The position numbers were made by a program, and so were the translations under genes. From positions 1 to 64,000 of the forward strand of contig JAHCIT010000006.1 in NCBI GenBank assembly GCA_026129095.1: a stretch of 64,000 bases of DNA. The letters are read 5' to 3'. Positions within the stretch are counted from its first letter, which is position 1. Each line of letters begins with the position of its first letter. This document shows, one piece after another, positions 8,596-17,976 of the stretch. Under the pieces are notes generated by a model that was not told the origin of the DNA, made no database searches, and saw only the letters and a program-made list of their open reading frames with translations. This stretch comes from Deltaproteobacteria bacterium. Lineage in GTDB: Bacteria; JAGRBM01; JAHCIT01.

Positions 8596-8610
8596 CAGGA
8601 ACTCCTCGGG

Positions 8611-9549
8611 TTAAAGACCCTTGAGCCGCAGGGCTCCGGGTATGATTTCAAAACTCGCCGGGCTTTCCCCGGCCAGTTCGCCGTCAATATCAATCAGAAC
8701 CCGGCCGGGCGAACTCACCTCGACCCGGCGGCCACGCCAGCATTTCACCTTCGGGATCGTTCCGGCAAGTCCGCGGTAAACCAGCCGTCCGAGCTGGACC
8801 GTTTCCAGGAAGGTGAGATCGCCAGTCACGACCACCTCGAACTGGCCGTCCGAGAGGGAGGCGTCCGGAGCGATCCTCATGCCGGCGCCAAAGCAGCGCC
8901 CATTAGCCACTGCCACCATGTATTGCGGGATTCCATCGGCAACGGTCTTGCCGTCCACGACGATCCGCATCGGCTGATTCCGGTAAGCAAGGCTGCCCCG
9001 GATACTACCCATGAGGAAACTGGCCTTGCCGCCAAATGCCTTCGTCGTCCGGTTTACTGCATCCACGACAAGACCGCCGACTCCCAGATCGGCGATGTTG
9101 ATGAAATACCTCTCGGCCGGCGCTCCCTCCGCCGGCTTCAGCCGAACCAGACCCACATCACAGGGGGAAGCGTCCCGGCCACGGAGCAACCGTGCGGCCT
9201 CGCGCACATCCTTCGGGAAACCATAGGACTTGATGAAGTCACAGCCAGTCCCGCGAGAAAGGACACCGAGGGCCATTCCCTCGCGCACCGGACGGCCATT
9301 ATCGAAAAATCCATTGACAACCTCGTTCAGGGTTCCGTCGCCGCCGACGGCGAGAATCATCTCCGCGCCCTCTTGTATTGCCCGGCGGGTGAGTTCGACA
9401 GCCTCCAGCGGCCGGGTAGTCATCTTCACCGCAATGGGCCCGAGTTCGGCTTCAAGCGCACTCCTGAGACTGTTCCACTCTTTCCCCGTCCGCCCGTTGG
9501 CGCTCCGGGGATTTACCACCGCGGCGGTGCGGAAATTTCCTCCCGTCAA
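8611..9549 (-). CDS. Diacylglycerol/lipid kinase (YegS/DgkB family)
   Basis: VVNPRSANG, GGDGTLNEVVNG, GTGCDF, IDGE; TTG start overlaps the upstream stop. Confidence 0.92.
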   Translation of the reverse strand: MTGGNFRTAAVVNPRSANGRTGKEWNSLRSALEAELGPIAVKMTTRPLEAVELTRRAIQEGAEMILAVGGDGTLNEVVNGFFDNGRPVREGMALGVLSRGTGCDFIKSYGFPKDVREAARLLRGRDASPCDVGLVRLKPAEGAPAERYFINIADLGVGGLVVDAVNRTTKAFGGKASFLMGSIRGSLAYRNQPMRIVVDGKTVADGIPQYMVAVANGRCFGAGMRIAPDASLSDGQFEVVVTGDLTFLETVQLGRLVYRGLAGTIPKVKCWRGRRVEVSSPGRVLIDIDGELAGESPASFEIIPGALRLKGL

Positions 9550-10655
9550 GCCTGCACCCCCAGCGAATGTGCCACGACATCAATCACGTCGAGCACTTCC
9601 ACGCCCGGACTGCTGGACTTGAGATGCTGTCCGCACAGTGGCGAAGCAGTTACCGTTTTCCGGGTTCCGGTTTCATAAAGCTCCTCCATGCGGCGGCGGG
9701 CCATCTTCTTCGCATCAGCAGGGAAAATGCGGGCGTACGCGCTGCCGGCCCCGCAGCAGCTCGTATCCTCGCCGCTCCAGGCGGGCTCACGTACCACAGC
9801 CCCGCACATTTTCAGCAGCTCCCGTATCCGGCCTGACGCACCCAGCTTCCGGGCTGCCTCACAGGGGTCATGGATGACGAGCGGCTCGGGAAACGCCCGC
9901 AACTCCCGGCCCGCGAGTTTTTCGCAGATCCAGTCCACCCACCAGACGACCTTGGGTGTCACCTTGATATTGACCCGGGGATAACCGTGCTGGAACATCA
10001 CGGCGTCCTCAGGCGCAACAGTAACGACCGTGTCGTAACCCTGGAGCGATGCCAGCACTTCAGACGCATGGGCACGGAGCCCTTCGCGATCACCGCAATG
10101 ATACAGTGCTGCACCGGTGTCGAGCCGTCCGGCGGCGATAACCGACACGTTTTCCGCTCCGACCGCATCGAGTATCCCCACCAGCTTCCGGATCCGCTCC
10201 CCGCCGGAGGCTATGAGATCCCCTCCCAGCCAGATGGCCGTACGGGCCTGCGGGCCACGATATTTTTCAGGGATGATCCCTGCGGCAACCGGCTCCAGCG
10301 GAACGTCATGGGGAGTTCCGGTCTCACGGACCTTTGCAGCCAGCTTCACGGCTGCCGGCAGCGTCTGCCCCGCCACGAACAGGTCGGCCCGTGCGGCCTC
10401 CAGAACCGGCCCCACCTTGATCTCGTGGTCACAGTACACCTTGCAATGGGCGCAGGCTGTACACTTGAAGAACGAGACGGCAAGATCCGGACTCGTCTCC
10501 ACCGAACCCTGCTTCAGCAGATAGGCCATCGTCATCTTGGCAGTGGGCGTATAGGTCTCGCGTGCGTCGGTTTCCGCCACCGGGCAGGCGAACCGGCACA
10601 TCTTCGGACAGTAGGTGCAGTAGTCGATTTCCCTTCGGAACGATTCGATCAGCAC
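9546..10655 (-). CDS. Fe-S oxidoreductase with CCG domain (GlpC/HdrD-like)
   Basis: CTYCPKMCRFACP and CTACAHCKVYC ferredoxin motifs; HDPC and SCCGAG. Confidence 0.88.
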   Translation of the reverse strand: MLIESFRREIDYCTYCPKMCRFACPVAETDARETYTPTAKMTMAYLLKQGSVETSPDLAVSFFKCTACAHCKVYCDHEIKVGPVLEAARADLFVAGQTLPAAVKLAAKVRETGTPHDVPLEPVAAGIIPEKYRGPQARTAIWLGGDLIASGGERIRKLVGILDAVGAENVSVIAAGRLDTGAALYHCGDREGLRAHASEVLASLQGYDTVVTVAPEDAVMFQHGYPRVNIKVTPKVVWWVDWICEKLAGRELRAFPEPLVIHDPCEAARKLGASGRIRELLKMCGAVVREPAWSGEDTSCCGAGSAYARIFPADAKKMARRRMEELYETGTRKTVTASPLCGQHLKSSSPGVEVLDVIDVVAHSLGVQA

Positions 10656-10684
10656 AGTTCTCGTTTCCTTTCGGCTTCCACCTG

Positions 10685-12109
10685 TTACAGCCCCAGCTTG
10701 CCGGGATTCAGTATCCCCGCCGGATCCACCGCCTGCTTGATGCCGCGGAATATCTCCTGAAACGGGCCATTCTGCCGGATGAGTGCATCCTGCTTGAGCG
10801 ACCCCACACCATGATGATGAGAGATCGTCCCCCCACTGGCTCCAACCGACGCCAGGAGATCATCCCAGAGCGTCCGGTACACCAGCAGGTCGTCCTCCGA
10901 ACCCGAATTGCCCATGAACGAGAAATACAGGCAGGCGCCTTCCGCATAAGCGTGAGAGAGGTGGCACAGCAGCATCGCACGGGCTCCGACGGTCCCCTTC
11001 ACCGCGGCATAGAGCTTCGGGATATCCTTCCAGAGGGCGGCCACCTCCATCGTGTCCAGGACCATTTTCGGATTGGGCAGGATGCGGCTGAGGTTGTAGT
11101 TAACGCCATAGCGGCGGCCGAACCAGTGTTCCACCGGCCCCGGACCCAGATCCACCGCGACGCCGCCGGCGAGTGATTCGATCTCGGCGAGATCAGCGTC
11201 GACCAGTTCGCTCTCACCCTCCACGGCCAGCAGCATCAGCGCTCCCTTGCCCACATTCAGCTTGAGGTGCTGGACCTGCAGGGCCGTGTCGGCTTCATCA
11301 TAAAGCCGAAGCAGCGACGGCCGGCAGCCCCGCTGGAGCAGTTCGCGGATGACCCGCTGGCCCGCGAGAAAGTCCTTGAAAAGGTACGCCTGGTATTCCT
11401 TTCGGGCCGGAAGCGGCCAGACCTCAAGCGTAGCCGCCGTAATCACCGCGAGCGTTCCCTCGCTGCCGATCAGGATCTGCCGCAGGTCAGGCCCCGCCGC
11501 CGAACGTGGGGCCGTCGTCGTGCGGAATATCTCGCCCGTAGGCAAAACCCCCTCCAGCCCCACCACCATATCCTCGATCTTGCCGTATTTCGTCGAGAGC
11601 TGGCCTGCCGAGCGGGCTGCAATCCAGCCGCCCACGGTGCTGCAGTATATGGACGACGGGAAATGGCCCATCGTGAACCCTTGGCGCTGGAGATTGCGCT
11701 CGAACCGCTCACCGTTCACACCGGCTTCTGCATGGACCGTGCTCGAAGTCTTCCGGACCGGAGCCATGCGGGAAAGCCGCTTGATGTCGAGCGTAATGCC
11801 CGCCTGCACCGGCACTGCCGCCCCGCACACACCGGAACCTCCGCCGTAAGTGGTAACCGGTATCTCCTCCTGCTGGGCCATCCGGAGCAGCCGCGAAATG
11901 TCGTCCACGTTCCTTGGGAACACCACCACATCGGGGAGTGAGGGCGGTAGCCCCCGGCGGAGTTCCAGCATCCCTCCCGGCATGCAGTCACGGCCGTAGA
12001 TGAGCCTGTCGTTCAGGTCAGCCGTGAACATCCCCTCGTCCCCCGAAAAAATGTCACGGATGAGAGCAAGGACACGCGATGAGGGTTCGGCGAACTCAGG
12101 CCGTCCCAA
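10685..12109 (-). CDS. FAD-linked oxidoreductase, alkyl-dihydroxyacetonephosphate synthase (AGPS)-like, copy 1
   Basis: YGGGSGVCG, GHFPSS..STVGGWIAARSAGQ.STKYGKIED, GSEGTL, SHAYAEGACLYF, ISHHHGVG, NPGKL; start placed at TTG 12109 after GGAGG. Confidence 0.85.
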   Translation of the reverse strand: MGRPEFAEPSSRVLALIRDIFSGDEGMFTADLNDRLIYGRDCMPGGMLELRRGLPPSLPDVVVFPRNVDDISRLLRMAQQEEIPVTTYGGGSGVCGAAVPVQAGITLDIKRLSRMAPVRKTSSTVHAEAGVNGERFERNLQRQGFTMGHFPSSIYCSTVGGWIAARSAGQLSTKYGKIEDMVVGLEGVLPTGEIFRTTTAPRSAAGPDLRQILIGSEGTLAVITAATLEVWPLPARKEYQAYLFKDFLAGQRVIRELLQRGCRPSLLRLYDEADTALQVQHLKLNVGKGALMLLAVEGESELVDADLAEIESLAGGVAVDLGPGPVEHWFGRRYGVNYNLSRILPNPKMVLDTMEVAALWKDIPKLYAAVKGTVGARAMLLCHLSHAYAEGACLYFSFMGNSGSEDDLLVYRTLWDDLLASVGASGGTISHHHGVGSLKQDALIRQNGPFQEIFRGIKQAVDPAGILNPGKLGL

Positions 12110-13799
12110 GGTCCACCTCCCCTTCCCCGCCAAACTCGCCAAAACCCAGTTTGCCGGGGTTCATCAGCATCTCCGGGTCCATTACCGCTTTCGCACCATC
12201 CAGTATCCGGGCCAGCGGCCCCATCTCGGTCCGCATGGCGTCGGCCTTCAGGATTCCAACTCCGTGATGGTGTGTGCAGGTTCCCCCGGCACGGTGACAG
12301 GCATCCAGCGCCAGCCGCCATGCCTGCCCGTAACGGGAACGGCAGTCTTCGAGATCGAAACCGCCTCCCATGAAAGTGAAATAAATCGACCCGCCGGTAC
12401 GGTAGGCATGGGAAAAATGCGCCATGACGATCGCTTCCCGGGAAAGTGCTTCCTTTACCCGCAAGTAGAGACCGAACAGGTGGTCCCAGTCGGCAGCGAC
12501 TTCCATCGTGTCCGCCCAGGCAAAATTGTCAAAAACGACCGACATCCGGTAGCTCACGGCATACCGTTTCTCGAACCAGTGCTGGGCGGGAGCTTCGCCA
12601 AGATCATGTCCGCCAAATTCGGCTGCGGTCCGCATGGCGATCTTGTGCTCAGCCTCGGTCCGCACCTGGCGGCCCTCGAACAGGTTGATGAACAGGCACT
12701 GCTTCGGAATAAACCCGGTCAGCCGGTTGAGGAGCGACGGAACCGAAAGCCCAAACCCCACCATGGTCCGCAACGGGCTCGGATACTGGACACGGGCAAG
12801 CGAAAGAACCGATTTGAACAGGCTATCGCGGGGAAGCGTCTCGGAATCCCGACCACGGTGGTCATCGGAAGCGCCTCCGCCGCCGGAGCGCCCCACCCCG
12901 CGTAGGGCAATAGCCGAATCCAGCTCGTCATAAAGGCGGGCCACGGCGGGCTTTACACCCTTCTGCATCAGCGCCCGCATGTAACCCATGCCGCTGGCGA
13001 GATCGGGGAACCTCCATCCCTGGAATATCCGGTGTTCAGGGAAGTGATGTACCCGGAGCCGGGCCGAGGTAACAAAACCGAGCGTGCCCTCCGAACCAGC
13101 AAACAGGTGGTTCCAGTCCGGTCCGGTAGCCGACCGTGGCACAGGGAGCGTGGACGCCAGTCGTCCGTCGGGAAGCACAAGGTCCAGCCCGACCATCATG
13201 TCCTCGATTTTTCCGTAGCGGGAACTCATCTGACCGGCAGAGCGGGCAGCAATCCAGCCTCCCACAGTGCTGCTATATATCGAGGACGGGAAATGACCGA
13301 GCGTATATCCCTGCTGGTTCAGCCACCGCTCAAGACGCTCGCCGTTTACTCCAGCCTCCACATGGACCACCTGGCTCTCACGGTCGAGGTCGAGAATGCG
13401 GTTAAGCCCCTTGATGTCCACCGGGATACTGCCCTCAAGAGGGACTGCGCCGCCACAGACACCTGACCCGCCACCATAAGGCGTCAGCTTCACCTTCTTT
13501 TCACGAGCGGCCTCGACGGCTTTCTGGAGCTTTTTCACCGAATCCACGAACAGGACTGCTTCCGGTGCCATACCCGGATCGCCGTCGCGGACGCCCATCG
13601 TGAGAAACGGCCAGCAGTCGCGGGCAAATGTAAGTGTGTCCGGCTTTGCTGTGGAGAGGCCGCCACGTCCTCCGGCCGTCCTGAGAGCGGCAACAGCCGA
13701 AGACGCTCTGGGCTTCTTGGCCCGTGAACCTGCGCGCCTGCGCGAGGGCTTAACACCCTCACCCGCGGCCTCCTGCTTTGGCGGCTTCCTACCTGCCAA
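12096..13799 (-). CDS. FAD-linked oxidoreductase, AGPS-like, copy 2 (with internal insertion)
   Basis: Same VAO-family motifs, SHAYRTGGSIYF, THHHGVG; extra segment after LYDELDS; start placed at TTG 13799 after GGAAGGGA. Confidence 0.85.
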   Translation of the reverse strand: MAGRKPPKQEAAGEGVKPSRRRAGSRAKKPRASSAVAALRTAGGRGGLSTAKPDTLTFARDCWPFLTMGVRDGDPGMAPEAVLFVDSVKKLQKAVEAAREKKVKLTPYGGGSGVCGGAVPLEGSIPVDIKGLNRILDLDRESQVVHVEAGVNGERLERWLNQQGYTLGHFPSSIYSSTVGGWIAARSAGQMSSRYGKIEDMMVGLDLVLPDGRLASTLPVPRSATGPDWNHLFAGSEGTLGFVTSARLRVHHFPEHRIFQGWRFPDLASGMGYMRALMQKGVKPAVARLYDELDSAIALRGVGRSGGGGASDDHRGRDSETLPRDSLFKSVLSLARVQYPSPLRTMVGFGLSVPSLLNRLTGFIPKQCLFINLFEGRQVRTEAEHKIAMRTAAEFGGHDLGEAPAQHWFEKRYAVSYRMSVVFDNFAWADTMEVAADWDHLFGLYLRVKEALSREAIVMAHFSHAYRTGGSIYFTFMGGGFDLEDCRSRYGQAWRLALDACHRAGGTCTHHHGVGILKADAMRTEMGPLARILDGAKAVMDPEMLMNPGKLGFGEFGGEGEVDLGTA

Positions 13800-15165
13800 T
13801 GGCCTGTTTCCCTTCCTGCTGTTTCCCGGCTGCCAGCTGTTCTCCGGCAAGATAGCCCGTCAGGAGTGCCGCACCGAGTCCCGTTCCGCCACGAAGGTAG
13901 TCATAACCCGAGAGGATATTCCCGCAAGCGACAAGATTGCGGGCGACCATCTGGCACCGGCCATCCAGCGGGCGTAAATCTGGTCCCACGGCCACGCCTG
14001 CCCGGAACGCCGGATGAGGGCCCTCCGGGGCGCGGCTGAACAGTTCCTCCGGCTGGCGAGAGAGTATTTCACGGCCATCCAGAAATACCGGGAGGCCGAA
14101 TACCGATTCCCGGAGCCGCTTTTCACGGATCATGCCACCGCCCGCGAACTTGCCCGTCGCCAGCACAAAATCATTGGCCCGGATGACTTCTTCCGGTTCA
14201 CCGGGGTTTTTCCTGACAGCAACGCCTGAAACCACCCCGCCCCCGATTTCCCCCTTCACGATATCGCAGTGGATCGTCTCCACTCCGGCTGCCGAAAGCG
14301 CCCGGTCCAGCGCCAGCTGAAGCCGCACACCGGGCACCGATGGGACAGACGAAACCGATTCCGCCACCCGGCATCCCAGTTTTTCGCCGGCCCGGCGTAC
14401 GGACTCCGCTGCCCGCATGAATCCGAATACTGGCGGAACGACAAGGATATCGAACGTCGCCGAGCCTACTCCCACCCGGATTTTCTCGATCACCCTGTCG
14501 AACATCCCGCTGTCTTCAAGAAGCGAGGCGCACCCCAGCGCGTTCGCATTGTACCCGGTTGATTCATCCAGTTCGATGTCGAACCCGCGCACACGCGGCG
14601 GATTGTAGGCCGACATGAGGTGCCCAAAGACCTGAGCGGCCCGTTCGCCGTCCCACCCGGGTATGCCCCGGATGCCGCAGAAACCGACCCGCTTCCTTTT
14701 CAGCACATCGCCTTCCGGCAGTTCCATGGACGCCTGCAGGAGGGCTGTCTGCTTGAGAGTACCCGCCTGCGTCACCGCAATCAGGTTCTGGCGGCCGTCT
14801 CCCGCAAACGGAAGACCTGTACAATCTTCCAGCGCCCGGCGCGCAAGGGAAAAAGCTGTCAGAAGCCGTCCGGCCCTTTGCCCCGGACTTTCGCTGCGGG
14901 ACGTCAGGAGGCTGAACAGGTGCGCCGGATTACGGGCGATCTCCCGCTCAACAAGCACTTCCAGTCCGGTTTCGTTCGGAAGCGGTGTCGCTGACGTCGT
15001 ATCCGGATCGGCAACGAGATCCAGCGCGCCGGAGGAAACCGCCGTAGCTGCCCCACCCCGGCGAAGCAGCACCACCCGGCGGCCTGAGCGGGCTGCGATC
15101 CAGGCGGCAAGCGAACCGGCCAGCCCGCCACCCAATACGGCGACATCGGCGTGCTTTTCAGCCAT
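13789..15165 (-). CDS. glpB: Anaerobic glycerol-3-phosphate dehydrogenase subunit B-like
   Basis: GGGLAG FAD motif, SSGALD, PSVPGVRLQ, LATGKFAGGG, GTGLGAALLTG. Confidence 0.85.
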   Translation of the reverse strand: MAEKHADVAVLGGGLAGSLAAWIAARSGRRVVLLRRGGAATAVSSGALDLVADPDTTSATPLPNETGLEVLVEREIARNPAHLFSLLTSRSESPGQRAGRLLTAFSLARRALEDCTGLPFAGDGRQNLIAVTQAGTLKQTALLQASMELPEGDVLKRKRVGFCGIRGIPGWDGERAAQVFGHLMSAYNPPRVRGFDIELDESTGYNANALGCASLLEDSGMFDRVIEKIRVGVGSATFDILVVPPVFGFMRAAESVRRAGEKLGCRVAESVSSVPSVPGVRLQLALDRALSAAGVETIHCDIVKGEIGGGVVSGVAVRKNPGEPEEVIRANDFVLATGKFAGGGMIREKRLRESVFGLPVFLDGREILSRQPEELFSRAPEGPHPAFRAGVAVGPDLRPLDGRCQMVARNLVACGNILSGYDYLRGGTGLGAALLTGYLAGEQLAAGKQQEGKQAIGR

Positions 15166-16873
15166 GTGCGGCGAGGTTCTCTCCGGATTCCGGCGCCACT
15201 GCTGCCCGGCGCCACTCTTCGAACAGTCCTGCGGGCGGGACGGCGGCGGTGAGATTCAGCGTGCAGTAGTGATTCGCCTGGTGAAGTTCTTCCTGGGCAA
15301 GTTGCTCCCCTTCCAGCACCGGGAACTTCCCTTTCCAGCGGTTGGCGACGAAATCCCGGAGTTCTTCAAGCTGCCGGGCGCCCGTTAGCCGGTGCTCCCG
15401 GGCGAGGATGCAGGAGGCCGCCTGCGAGCAGCGCATTCCCTGACAGGGGCCTGTACCAAGCCGTGTGCGGCGGCGGACGTCGGACAGCTTTGACGCCCAT
15501 TCGGTCCGGCAGGCGTAAGCAATTTCGGCACCTGTCACAGGCTCGCAGGGGCAGACCAGCGACTGAAGCCCCGGTTCCTCCTGCGAAATCTCCACGATCT
15601 TCTCCGCCCGCGCCCCGTGCCGGAAATGGATACGGCCGAGCGCGAATTCCGGTAGCGGCCCTTTTGCGGCAAGCTCGGAAAGATTCAGTTCCCGCTCGCC
15701 GCCAGCCAGCGGCACTTCATGTGTCCGGCAGGGAACATGGCCGCGGCCGATGGCTGCTTCCACCGCGTCCACGGCCTCCTCGCTCATGATCCGGTAAGCG
15801 GCGAGCTTTCCACCCGACATAGACAGCAGGTTTCGTGCACCGTCCCTGATGCCGTGATCCACGATCCGGTGGTCACGCGAGAGCTTGTCCTCGTTCTTGT
15901 GCCATGCCCACAAGGTCGGCCGGACACCCACCATTACGCGCGTCACGCGGGCTTCCCGCACCTGTGGAAACGAACGGGCGATACCCTCCAGCAGGTATTC
16001 GATTTCGTCCTCGGTAACGGTGAGGTTGTCGAGATCGCCGTAGAAATCATCGTCCGTGGTTCCGACGATCGCACCATTATCATGGGGGATGATAAAAATC
16101 TGGCGGCCGTCGGCGGCATCGCAGAGAATCCCCGTATTCACGACGCGCCTGTCGAGAATCAGGTGAACGCCTTTTCCCTTGCGGAGCCTCAGGCCGACCC
16201 CTGCCTTCGCCAGTACGTCCGGGTTCCAAGGGCCGCAGGCGATGAAAACCACCTTCGCCTTCTCCTCATAGATCCGGCCTGTGCGATGGTCCTCCAGCCG
16301 GACGCCAGTCACTGAATCGCCGTCTCTTAGGAATGTGAGCAGTTCCGTATGGTTCCGGATCACGGCGCCGTGCTCAGCCGCCGAAAGCGCGGTCGCCGCG
16401 CAAAGCCGGAAGGGATCGATACCGTATTCGTCCATCGTGACGGCCCCGTCCACCGACCGGGCAAGGCCCGGCTCGATCGCGAGCACTTCTTCACGATTCA
16501 GACGCGTATGCTTCTTGCCGTTCTTGTAGGGCTGGAAGAGGTCGTATCCCTCGAAATAGGTTTCCATCGCCTCGGCCATGACCCGGCTGGCGAAGCTCCG
16601 GCGCGAGACGGGAATGAGGAACGGTATGCGGAACAGCATGTGCGGGGCGCACTTCTGGATATAGCCGGAATCGACACAGGACTTTTTCGTCGTCTGGATG
16701 TCGTAGAGCATGTAACGTGCGCCACCGTGGATCATGCCACTGCAGCCGCCGGTGGCTCCGGACGAGAAATCGCGCTTTTCGACGAGCAGGACTTTCATCC
16801 CCCGGATGGCCGCATCCCGGGCGATGCCGCAGCCGTTTACGCCGCCACCGATGATGATAAGATCATAGGACAT
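15158..16873 (-). CDS. glpA: Glycerol-3-phosphate dehydrogenase subunit A-like with C-terminal BFD-like [2Fe-2S] domain
   Basis: IIGGGVNGCGIARDAA.RG, SGMIHGGARY, GTTD, GVRP, GGKL, VCPCE...RRTRLGTGPCQGMRC. Confidence 0.88.
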   Translation of the reverse strand: MSYDLIIIGGGVNGCGIARDAAIRGMKVLLVEKRDFSSGATGGCSGMIHGGARYMLYDIQTTKKSCVDSGYIQKCAPHMLFRIPFLIPVSRRSFASRVMAEAMETYFEGYDLFQPYKNGKKHTRLNREEVLAIEPGLARSVDGAVTMDEYGIDPFRLCAATALSAAEHGAVIRNHTELLTFLRDGDSVTGVRLEDHRTGRIYEEKAKVVFIACGPWNPDVLAKAGVGLRLRKGKGVHLILDRRVVNTGILCDAADGRQIFIIPHDNGAIVGTTDDDFYGDLDNLTVTEDEIEYLLEGIARSFPQVREARVTRVMVGVRPTLWAWHKNEDKLSRDHRIVDHGIRDGARNLLSMSGGKLAAYRIMSEEAVDAVEAAIGRGHVPCRTHEVPLAGGERELNLSELAAKGPLPEFALGRIHFRHGARAEKIVEISQEEPGLQSLVCPCEPVTGAEIAYACRTEWASKLSDVRRRTRLGTGPCQGMRCSQAASCILAREHRLTGARQLEELRDFVANRWKGKFPVLEGEQLAQEELHQANHYCTLNLTAAVPPAGLFEEWRRAAVAPESGENLAAHG

Positions 16874-16981
16874 GGGGGCTCCGCGCAGGAATCCCGGCGG
16901 CTGACGGCACTGTCAGTCCTGGCGGTCCGGCGCTCCGACCGTTCTATGACCGGACGAACCGGCTGCATCAAGTGGGTGGGA

Positions 16982-17974
16982 TTACCTTCCCGGCTTGCAC
17001 TGGGAAGGGTCCAAGGCGCGGGCGCGAAGCTGCGCGGCCCTGGACTCCTCAGCAGCACCAATTCCCGGTAGAAAAGCGACACGCTGGGCGGCAGCCGCGG
17101 CCTCTTCGCAGCGGGTGGAAAGCAGTAGTGCCTCGGCAAGCGTCAGTTCCACCTGTGGATCCTGCTGGCGGGTCGCTGCCGAGGCAAGTTCGGACAAACT
17201 CGCCGCCCGGTAAGGGTCGCGGATATTTGGATCCTTCGCAGAGATAAGTAGCCGGGCCATGTCACCGAGAATCAGCGGATCGCGGGTATAGGCCTTTCGG
17301 GCCGCCTCGAAGGTGGAAAGGGCCTCGGTTTCCCGGCCGAACTTCATCTGGATGGCACCGAGCCGACGGAACGCCTCGGGCTGGGCACGTGGGAGTTCGA
17401 TGCACCGTTTCAGCAGAAGCTCGGCCTTTGCATCATCCCGGGTGTCGAGCCCCAGGTTGCAGTAGTCGATGTGGGCCTGCGAGACGGTTTCGGTCTGAAA
17501 GGTAGCGGCACGGAACTTTTCCCGCACACTATTAATGACCTGCGTATTCTTTGCCGGGAGCCCGGTCATGGCGAACATCATCGCGCCAGGTGCAACAGGC
17601 CGGCCGGCAAATACTCCCGCCATTTCACCTCCGGCCCCCTGATAAAGCACGACAGCATCGGCGAAGTCCGCACCCGACCGGGTATCGGACATCTTGGCAC
17701 CCTTCAGGGACGAGAGGTTCACCTTCAGAAACGTATCGAACTGTGCGGCGAGCGGGTTATCCTGCGACTGGCGCAACACCAGCAGGCGGCGGCCGTCAGC
17801 CCAAAGGATCAGTTCGGAACCCGCCCGCTTCGTCACCTTGCTGGTGTCAAAACCGGCAGGAATTTCCACGCTGAAACCGAGTGAATCTGAACTGTAGGAG
17901 ACCATCTGGGCCTGCACAGGAGCAACCAGCAGGATTACGAAGACTGCCGTCCACAGCAATCGCATGCGGAACAC
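16982..17974 (-). CDS. Exported protein with C-terminal TPR repeats
   Basis: Signal peptide (..APVQA); helical TPR-like segments AFRRLGAIQMKFGRETEAL and LTLAEALL. Confidence 0.7.
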   Translation of the reverse strand: MFRMRLLWTAVFVILLVAPVQAQMVSYSSDSLGFSVEIPAGFDTSKVTKRAGSELILWADGRRLLVLRQSQDNPLAAQFDTFLKVNLSSLKGAKMSDTRSGADFADAVVLYQGAGGEMAGVFAGRPVAPGAMMFAMTGLPAKNTQVINSVREKFRAATFQTETVSQAHIDYCNLGLDTRDDAKAELLLKRCIELPRAQPEAFRRLGAIQMKFGRETEALSTFEAARKAYTRDPLILGDMARLLISAKDPNIRDPYRAASLSELASAATRQQDPQVELTLAEALLLSTRCEEAAAAAQRVAFLPGIGAAEESRAAQLRARALDPSQCKPGR

Positions 17975-17976
17975 TC

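Noticed and set aside
8074-9678. 534-aa plus-strand ORF and similar long alternative-frame ORFs (e.g. 28643-29974, 20302-21408, 40337-41479)
   Set aside because: Lie antisense to clearly recognisable genes and show no protein motifs; expected at high GC
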